A stretch of DNA of 64,000 nucleotides from Eledone cirrhosa (Eukaryota). Every line of letters begins with the position of its first letter. The stretch's first letter is position 1. Shown piece after piece: positions 54,145-64,000 of this stretch. A program made the translations under genes and the position numbers. The stretch is from contig OZ024741.1 in assembly GCA_964016885.1 (NCBI GenBank), positions 209,436,001-209,500,000 on the forward strand, given 5' to 3'. The notes under the pieces are model-generated. The model did no database searches and had not been told where the DNA came from. It was given only the letters and a program-made list of their open reading frames with translations.

Positions 54145-57100
54145 AGCCCTTGGTGGGATCGATCTGTAATTACTGGTACATGTGCAGACACTCATTGGCT
54201 GTGTGTGGCCTGATTTTCAGAAAGATATCTCCTTAAAATAACGAGTGGTGGCTGCGTAAAATAATGAATTACGCACGAAAATGAGAAAATTTCGATTCTC
54301 GATCGTGGGCCGGCCGGATGTCGCATCGATTCGTAAATAGAAGGATAATGTGCGGACACTCCTTGGCTGTGTGCGGCATGATTTTCAGGACGATATTTCC
54401 GTAAAATCAAGAGTTGATAACCCCAACTTAACTTAACCCCAACTTAACTTAACCCCAACTTAACTTAACCCCAACTTAACTTAACCGCAACTTAACTTAA
54501 CCGCAACCTAACTTAACCCCAACTTAACTTAACCGCAACCTAACTTAACCACAACTTAACTTAACCGCAACTTAACTTAACCCCAACCTAACTTAACCCC
54601 AACTTAACTTAACCGCAACTTAACTTAACCGCAACCTAACTTAACCCCAACTTAACTTAACCGCAACTTAACTTAACCGCAACTTAGCTTAACCCCAACC
54701 CTTGGTGGGATCGATCTGTAATTACTGGTACATGTGCAGACACTCATTGGCTGTGTGTGGCCTGATTTTCAGAAAGATATCTCCGTAAAATAACGAGTGG
54801 TGGCTGCGTAAAATAATGAATTACACACGAAAATGAGAAAATTTCGATTCTCGATCGTGGGCCGGCCGGATGTCGGATCGATTCGTAAATACAAGGATAA
54901 TGTGCGGACACTCCTTGGCTGTGTGCGGCATGATTTTCAGGACGATATCTCCGTAAAATCAAGAGTTGATAACCCCAACTTAACTTAACCCCAACTTAAC
55001 TTAACCGCAACTTAACTTAACCGCAACCTAACTTAACCCCAACTTAACTTAACCGCAACCTAACTTAACCCCAACTTAGCTTAACCGCAACTTAACTTAA
55101 CCCCAACCTAACTTAACCCCAACTTAACTTAACCGCAACTTAACTTAACCGCAACCTAACTTAACCCCAACTTAACTTAACCGCAACTTAACTTAACCGC
55201 AACTTAGCTTAACCCCAACCTTTGGTGGGATCGATCTGTAATTACTGGTACATGTGCAGACACTCATTGGCTGTGTGTGGCCTGATTTTCAGAAAGATAT
55301 CTCCGTAAAATAACGAGTGGTGGCTGCGTAAAATAATGAATTACGCACGAAAATGAGAAAATTTCGATTCTCGATTGTGGGCCGGCCGGATGTCGGATCG
55401 ATTCGTAAATACAAGGATAATGTGCGGACACTCCTTGGCTGTGTGCGGCATGATTTTCAGGACGATATCTCCGTAAAATCAAGAGTTGATAACCCCAACT
55501 TAACTTAACCCCAACTTAACTTAACCGCAACTTAACTTAACCGCAACCTAACTTAACCCCAACTTAACTTAACCGCAACCTAACTTAACCCCAACTTAAC
55601 TTAACCGCAACTTAACTTAACCCCAACCTAACTTAACCCCAACTTAACTTAACCGCAACTTAACTTAACCGCAACCTAACTTAACCCTAACTTAACTTAA
55701 CCGCAACTTAACTTGACCGCAACTTAGCTTAACCCCAACCCTTGGTGGGATCGATCTGTAATTACTGGTACATGTGCAGACACTCATTGGCTGTGTGTGG
55801 CCTGATTTTCAGAAAGATATCTCCGTAAAATAACGAGTGGTGGCTGCGTAAAATAATGAATTACGCACGAAAATGAGAAAATTTCGATTCTCGATCGTGG
55901 GCCGGCCGGATGTCGGATCGATTCGTAAATACAAGGATAATGTGCGGACACTCCTTGCCTGTGTGCCGCATGATTTTCAGGACGATATCTCCGTAAAATC
56001 AAGAGTTGATAACCCCAACTTAACTTAACCCCAACTTAACTTAACCGCAACTTAACTTAACCGCAACCTAACTTAACCCCAACTTAACTTAACCGCAACC
56101 TAACTTAACCCCAACTTAACTTAACCGCAACTTAACTTAACCCCAACCTAACTTAACCCCAACTTAACTTAACCGCAACTTAACTTAACCGCAACCTAAC
56201 TTAACCCCAACTTAACTTAACCGCAACTTAACTTAACCGCAACTTAGCTTAACCCCAACCCTTGGTGGGATCGATCTGTAATTACTGGTACATGTGCAGA
56301 CACTCATTGGCTGTGTGTGGCCTGATTTTCAGAAAGATATCTCCGTAAAATAACGAGTGGTGGCTGCGTAAAATAATGAATTACGCACGAAAATGAGAAA
56401 ATTTCGATTCTCGATCGTGGGCCGGCCGGATGTCGGATCGATTCGTAAATACAAGGATAATGTGCGGACACTCCTTGGCTGTGTGCGGCATGATTTTCAG
56501 GACGATATCTCCGTAAAATCAAGCGTTGATAACCCCAACTTAACTTAACCCCAACTTAACTTAACCGCAACTTAACTTAACCGCAACCTAACTTAACCCC
56601 AACTTAACTTAACCGCAACCTAACTTAACCCCAACTTAACTTAACCGCAACTTAACTTAACCCCAACCTAACTTAACCCCAACTTAACTTAACCGCAACT
56701 TAACTTAACCGCAACCTAACTTAACCCTAACTTAACTTAACCGCAACTTAACTTAACCGCAACTTAGCTTAACCCCAACCCTTGGTGGGATCGATCTGTA
56801 ATTACTGGTACATGTGCAGACACTCATTGGCTGTGTGTGGCCTGATTTTCAGAAAGATGTCTCCGTAAAATAACGAGTGGTGGCTGCGTAAATTAATGAA
56901 TTACGCACGAAAATGAGAAAATTTCGATTCTCGATCGTGGGCCGGCCGGATGTCGGATCGATTCGTAAATACAATGATAATGTGCGGACACTCCTTGCCT
57001 GTGTGCCGCATGATTTTCAGGACGATATCTCCGTAAAATCAAGAGTTGATAACCCCAACTTAACTTAACCCCAACTTAACTTAACCGCAACTTAACTTAA

Positions 57101-60100
57101 CCGCAACCTAACTTAACCCCAACTTAACTTAACCGCAACCTAACTTAACCCCAACTTAACTTAACCGCAACTTAACTTAACCCCAACCTAACTTAACCCC
57201 AACTTAACTTAACCGCAACTTAACTTAACCGCAACCTAACTTAACCCCAACTTAACTTAACCGCAACTTAACTTAACCGCAACTTAGCTTAACCCCAACC
57301 CTTGGTGGGATCGATCTGTAATTACTGGTACATGTGCAGACACTCATTGGCTGTGTGTGGCCTGATTTTCAGAAAGATATCTCCGTAAAATAACGAGTGG
57401 TGGCTGCGTAAAATAATGAATTACGCACGAAAATGAGAAAATTTCGATTCTCGATCGTGGGCCGGCCGGATGTCGGATCGATTCGTAAATACAAGGATAA
57501 TGTGCGGACACTCCTTGGCTGTGTGCGGCATTATTTTCAGGACGATATCTCCGTAAAATCAAGAGTTGATAACCCCAACTTAACTTAACCGCAACTTAAC
57601 TTAACCGCAACCTAACTTAACCCCAACTTAACTTAACCGCAACTTAACTTAACCGCAACTTAGCTTAACCCCAACCCTTGGTGGGATCGATCTGTAATTA
57701 CTGGTACATGTGCAGACACTCATTGGCTGTGTGTGGCCTGATTTTCAGAAAGATATCTCCGTAAAATAACGAGTGGTGGCTGCGTAAAATAATGAATTAC
57801 GCACGAAAATGAGAAAATTTCGATTCTCGATCGTGGGCCGGCCGGATGTCGGATCGATTCGTTAATACAAGGATAATGTGCGGACACTCCTTGCCTGTGT
57901 GCCGCATGATTTTCAGGACGATATCTCCGTAAAATCAAGAGTTGATAACCCCAACTTAACTTAACCCCAACTTAACTTAACCGCAACTTAACTTAACCGC
58001 AACCTAACTTAACCCCAACTTAACTTAACCGCAACCTAACTTAACCCCAACTTAACTTAACCGCAACTTAACTTAACCCCAACCTAACTTAACCCCAACT
58101 TAACTTAACCGCAACTTAACTTAACCGCAACCTAACTTAACCCCAGCTTAACTTAACCGCAACTTAACTTAACCGCAACTTAGCTTAACCCCAACTCTTG
58201 GTGGGATCGATCTGTAATTACTGGTACATGTGCAGACACTCATTGGCTGTGTGTGGCCTGATTTTCAGAAAGATATCTCCGTAAAATAACGAGTGGTGGC
58301 TGCGTAAAATAATGAATTACGCACGAAAATGAGAAAATTTCGATTCTCGATCGTGGGCCGGCCGGATGTCGGATCGATTCGTAAATACAAGGATAATGTG
58401 CGGACACTCCTTGGCTGTGTGCGGCATGATTTTCAGGACGATATCTCCGTAAAATCAAGAGTTGATAACCCCAACTTAACTTAACCCCAACTTAACTTAA
58501 CCGCAACTTAACTTAACCGCAACCTAACTTAACCCCAACTTAACTTAACCGCAACCTAACTTAACCCAAACTTAACTTAACCGCAACTTAACTTAACCCC
58601 AACCTAACTTAACCCCAACTTAACTTAACCGCAACTTAACTTAACCGCAACCTAACTTAACCCCAACTTAACTTAACCGCAACTTAACCCCAACTTAGCT
58701 TAACCCCAACCCTTGGTGGGATCGATCTGTAATTACTGGTACATGTGCAGACACTCATTGGCTGTGTGTGGCCTGATTTTTAGAAAGATATCTCCGTAAA
58801 ATAACGAGTGGTGGCTGCGTAAAATAATGAATTACGCACGAAAATGAGAAAATTTCGATTCTCGATCGTGGGCCGGCCGGATGTCGGATCGATTCGTAAA
58901 TACAAGGATAATGTGCGGACACTCCTTGGCTGTGTGCGGCATGAGTTTCAGGACGATATCTCCGTAAAATCAAGAGTTGATAACCCCAACTTAACTTAAC
59001 CCCAACTTAACTTAACCGCAACTTAACTTAACCGCAACCTAACTTAACCCCAACTTAACTTAACCGCAACCTAACTTAACCCCAACTTAACTTAACCGCA
59101 ACTTAACTTAACCCCAACCTAACTTAACCCCAACTTAACTTAACCGCAACTTAACTTAACCGCAACCTAACTTAACCCCAACTTAACTTAACCGCAACTT
59201 AACTTAACCGCAACTTAGCTTAACCCCAACCCTTGGTGGGATCGATCTGTAATTACTGGTACATGTGCAGACACTCATTGGCTGTGTGTGGCCTGATTTT
59301 CAGAAAGATATCTCCGTAAAATAACGAGTGGTGGCTGCGTAAAATAATGAATTACGCACGAAAATGAGAAAATTTCGATTCTCGATCGTGGGCCGGCCGG
59401 ATGTCGGATCGATTCGTAAATACAAGGATAATGTGCGGACACTCCTTGGCTGTGTGCGGCATGATTTTCAGGACGATATCTCCGTAAAATCAAGAGTTGA
59501 TAACCCCAACTTAACTTAACCCCAACTTAACTTAACCGCAACTTAACTTAACCGCAACCTAACTTAACCCCAACTTAACTTAACCGCAACCTAACTTAAC
59601 CCAAACTTAACTTAACCGCAACTTAACTTAACCCCAACCTAACTTAACCCCAACTTAACTTAACCGCAACTTAACTTAACCGCAACCTAACTTAACCCCA
59701 ACTTAACTTAACCGCAACTTAACCCCAACTTAGCTTAACCCCAACCCTTGGTGGGATCGATCTGTAATTACTGGTACATGTGCAGACACTCATTGGCTGT
59801 GTGTGGCCTGATTTTTAGAAAGATATCTCCGTAAAATAACGAGTGGTGGCTGCGTAAAATAATGAATTACGCACGAAAATGAGAAAATTTCGATTCTCGA
59901 TCGTGGGCCGGCCGGATGTCGGATCGATTCGTAAATACAAGGATAATGTGCGGACACTCCTTGGCTGTGTGCGGCATGATTTTCAGGACGATATCTCCGT
60001 AAAATCAAGAGTTGATAACCCCAACTTAACTTAACCCCAACTTAACTTAACCGCAACTTTACTTAACCGCAACCTAACTTAACCCCAACTTAACTTAACC

Positions 60101-63100
60101 GCAACCTAACTTAGCCCCAACTTAACTTAACCCCAACTTAACTTAACCCCAACCTAACTTAACCCCAACTTAACTTAACCGCAACTTAACTTAACCGCAA
60201 CCTAACTTAACCCCAACTTAAATTAACCGCAACTTAACTTAACCGCAACTTAGCTTAACCCCAACCCTTGGTGGGATCGATCTGTAATTACTGGTACATG
60301 TGCAGACACTCATTGGCTGTGTGTGGCCTGATTTTCAGAAAGATATCTCCGTAAAATAACGAGTGGTGGCTGCGTAAAATAATGAATTACGCACGAAAAT
60401 GAGAAAATTTCGATTCTCGATCGTGGGCCGGCCGGATGTCGGATCGATTCGTAAATACAAGGATAATGTGCGGACACTCCTTGGCTGTGTGCGGCATGAT
60501 TTTCAGGACGATATCTCCGTAAAATCAAGAGTTGATAACCCCAACTTAACTTAACCCCAACTTAACTTAACCGCAACTTAACTTAACCGCAACCTAACTT
60601 AACCCCAACTTAACTTAACCGCAACCTAACTTAACCCCAACTTAACTTAACCGCAACTTAACTTAACCCCAACTTAACTTAACCCCAACTTAACTTAACC
60701 GCAACTTAACTTAACCGCAACCTAACTTAACCCCAACTTAACTTAACCGCAACTTAACTTAACCGCAACTTAGCTTAACCCCAACCCTTGGTGGGATCGA
60801 TCTGTAATTACTGGTATATGTGCAGACACTCATTGGCTGTGTGTGGCCTGATTTTCAGAAAGATATCTCCGTAAAATAACGAGTGGTGGCTGCGTAAAAT
60901 AATGAATTACGCACGAAAATGAGAAAATTTCCATTCTCGATCGTGGGCCGGCCGGATGTCGGATCGATTCGTAAATACAAGGATAATGTGCGGACACTCC
61001 TTGGCTGTGTGCGGCATGATTTTCAGGACGATATCTCCGTAAAATCAAGAGTTGATAACCCCAACTTAACTTAACCCCAACTTAACTTAACCGCAACTTA
61101 ACTTAACCGCAACCTAACTTAACCCCAACTTAACTTAACCGCAACCTAACTTAACCCCAACTTAACTTAACCGCAACTTAACTTAACCCCAACCTAACTT
61201 AACCCCAACTTAACTTAACCGCAACTTAACTTAACCGCAACCTAACTTAACCCCAACTTAACTTAACCGCAACTTAACTTAACCGCAACTTAGCTTAACC
61301 CCAACCCTTGGTGGGATCGATCTGTAATTACTGGTACATGTGCAGACACTCATTGGCTGTGTGTGGCCTGATTTTTAGAAAGATATCTCCGTAAAATAAC
61401 GAGTGGTGGCTGCGTAAAATAATGAATTACGCACGAAAATGAGAAAATTTCTATTCTCGATCGTGGGCCGGCCGGATGTCGGATCGATTCGTAAATACAA
61501 GGATAATGTGCGGACACTCCTTGGCTGTGTGCGGCATGATTTTCAGGACGATATCTCCGTAAAATCAAGAGTTGATAACCCCAACTTAACTTAACCCCAA
61601 CTTAACTTAACCGCAACTTAACTTAACCGCAACCTAACTTAACCCCAACTTAACTTAACCGCAACCTAACTTAACCCCAACTTAACTTAACCGCAACTTA
61701 ACTTAACCCCAACCTAAATTAACTCCAACTTAACTTAACCGCAACTTAACTTAACCGCAACCTAACTTAACCCCAACTTAATTTAACCGCAACTTAACTT
61801 AACCGCAACTTAGCTTAACCCCAGCCCTTGGTGGGATCGATCTGTAATTACTGGTACATGTGCAGACACTCATTGGCTGTGTGTGGCCTGATTTTCAGAA
61901 AGATATCTCCTTAAAATAACGAGTGGTGGCTGCGTAAAATAATGAATTACGCACGAAAATGAGAAAATTTCGATTCTCGATCGTGGGCCGGCCGGATGTC
62001 GCATCGATTCGTAAATAGAAGGATAATGTGCGGACACTCCTTGGCTGTGTGCGGCATGATTTTCAGGACGATATTTCCGTAAAATCAAGAGTTGATAACC
62101 CCAACTTAACTTAACCCCAACTTAACTTAACCCCAACTTAACTTAACCGCAACTTAACTTAACCGCAACCTAACTTAACCCCAACTTAACTTAACCGCAA
62201 CCTAACTTAACCACAACTTAACTTAACCGCAACTTAACTTAACCCCAACCTAACTTAACCCCAACTTAACTTAACCGCAACTTAACTTAACCGCAACCTA
62301 ACTTAACCCCAACTTAACTTAACCGCAACTTAACTTAACCGCAACTTAGCTTAACCCCAACCCTTGGTGGGATCGATCTGTAATTACTGGTACATGTGCA
62401 GACACTCATTGGCTGTGTGTGGCCTGATTTTCAGAAAGATATCTCCGTAAAATAACGAGTGGTGGCTGCGTAAAATAATGAATTACGCACGAAAATGAGA
62501 AAATTTCGATTCTCGATTGTGGGCCGGCCGGATGTCGGATCGATTCGTAAATACAAGGATAATGTGCGGACACTCCTTGGCTGTGTGCGGCATGATTTTC
62601 AGGACGATATCTCCGTAAAATCAAGAGTTGATAACCCCAACTTAACTTAACCCCAACTTAACTTAACCGCAACTTAACTTAACCGCAACCTAACTTAACC
62701 CCAACTTAACTTAACCGCAACCTAACTTAACCCCAACTTAACTTAACCGCAACTTAACTTAACCCCAACCTAACTTAACCCCAACTTAACTTAACCGCAA
62801 CTTAACTTAACCGCAACCTAACTTAACCCTAACTTAACTTAACCGCAACTTAACTTAACCGCAACTTAGCTTAACCCCAACCCTTGGTGGGATCGATCTG
62901 TAATTACTGGTACATGTGCAGACACTCATTGGCTGTGTGTGGCCTGATTTTCAGAAAGATATCTCCGTAAAATAACGAGTGGTGGCTGCGTAAATTAATG
63001 AATTACGCACGAAAATGAGAAAATTTCGATTCTCGATCGTGGGCCGGCCGGATGTCGGATCGATTCGTAAATACAAGGATAATGTGCGGACACTCCTTGC

Positions 63101-64000
63101 CTGTGTGCCGCATGATTTTCAGGACGATATCTCCGTAAAATCAAGAGTTGATAACCCCAACTTAACTTAACCCCAACTTAACTTAACCGCAACTTAACTG
63201 AACCGCAACCTAACTTAACCCCAACTTAACTTAACCGCAACCTAACTTAACCCCAACTTAACTTAACCGCAACTTAACTTAACCCCAACCTAACTTAACT
63301 CCAACTTAACTTAACCGCAACTTAACTTAACCGCAACCTAACTTAACCCCAACTTAACTTAACCGCAACTTAACTTAACCGCAACTTAGCTTAACCCCAA
63401 CCCTTGGTGGGATCGATCTGTAATTACTGGTACATGTGCAGACACTCATTGGCCGTGTGTGGCCTGATTTTCAGAAAGATATCTCCGTAAAATAACGAGT
63501 GGTGGCTGCGTAAAATAATGAATTACGCACGAAAATGAGAAAATTTCGATTCTCGATCGTGGGCCGGCCGGATGTCGGATCGATTCGTAAATACAAGGAT
63601 AATGTGCGGACACTCCTTGGCTGTGTGCGGCATGATTTTCAGGACGATATCTCCGTAAAATCAAGAGTTGATAACCCCAACTTGACTTAACCGCAACTTA
63701 ACTTAACCGCAACCTAACTTAACCCTAACTTAACTTAACCGCAACTTAACTTAACCGCAACTTAGCTTAACCCCAACCCTTGGTGGGATCGATCTGTAAT
63801 TACTGGTACATGTGCAGACACTCATTGGCTGTGTGTGGCCTGATTTTCAGAAAGATATCTCCGTAAAATAACGAGTGGTGGCTGCGTAAAATAATGAATT
63901 ACACACGAAAATGAGAAAATTTCGATTCTCGATCGTGGGCCGGCCGGATGTCGGATCGATTCGTAAATACAAGGATAATGTGCGGACACTCCTTGGCTGT

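Larger units (their letters stand above)
1..64000. repeat. Tandem satellite DNA array, ~125 head-to-tail composite monomers (canonical 520 bp), running off both window edges
   Basis: The core sequence CCCTTGGTGGGATCGATCTGTAATTACTGG...CCGTAAAATCAAGAGTTGAT recurs throughout. ORF-track anchors are spaced mostly by 520 bp (188, 708, [1228], 1748, 2268...). I saw no unique sequence and no inversion, and copies differ by only a few substitutions. Confidence 0.99.

Noticed and set aside
188-63664. ~98 copies of a 72-aa minus-strand ORF (MILRRYRPENH...) as a tandem gene family
   Set aside because: The 'M' is a TTG codon (CAA at 404-406), and about 26 monomers carry a TAT>TAA stop. There is no recognisable domain, and the duplicated ILRRY motif merely mirrors the 168-bp DNA duplication. 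It is an artefact of the satellite.
1-64000. CRISPR array (repeat-spacer alternation)
   Set aside because: The 'spacers' are near-identical rather than unique, the sizes (280 + 240 bp) are far outside the CRISPR range, and there are no cas genes.

Overview
The whole 64-kb window is one uninterrupted, head-to-tail tandem satellite array of about 125 monomers in a single orientation. It has no credible genes, RNA genes, CRISPR arrays or transposon insertions, and it looks like eukaryotic heterochromatin (subtelomeric or centromeric). The canonical monomer is 520 bp: a ~280-bp CpG- and palindrome-rich core containing a diverged internal duplication at 167-168 bp spacing, plus a 240-bp minisatellite of 15 x 16-bp units (AACYTAACTTAACCSC). 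The minisatellite's reverse strand is G/T-rich and telomere-like (TTAAG/TTAGG pentamer + TTARGTTGSGG 11-mer). Monomer length variants (376, 504, 536, 552, 568 bp) arise from gain or loss of whole 16-bp units; 515 bp is a 5-bp loss and 521 bp a 1-bp gain. Diagnostic SNPs define monomer classes arranged in a ~9-mer (4568-bp) higher-order repeat, in local 2-6-monomer duplications and in larger ~22-kb and ~44-kb superblocks. The repeated 72-aa ORF is a by-product of the repeat. All counts and alignments were made by eye, and no organism or repeat family could be confirmed without a search.
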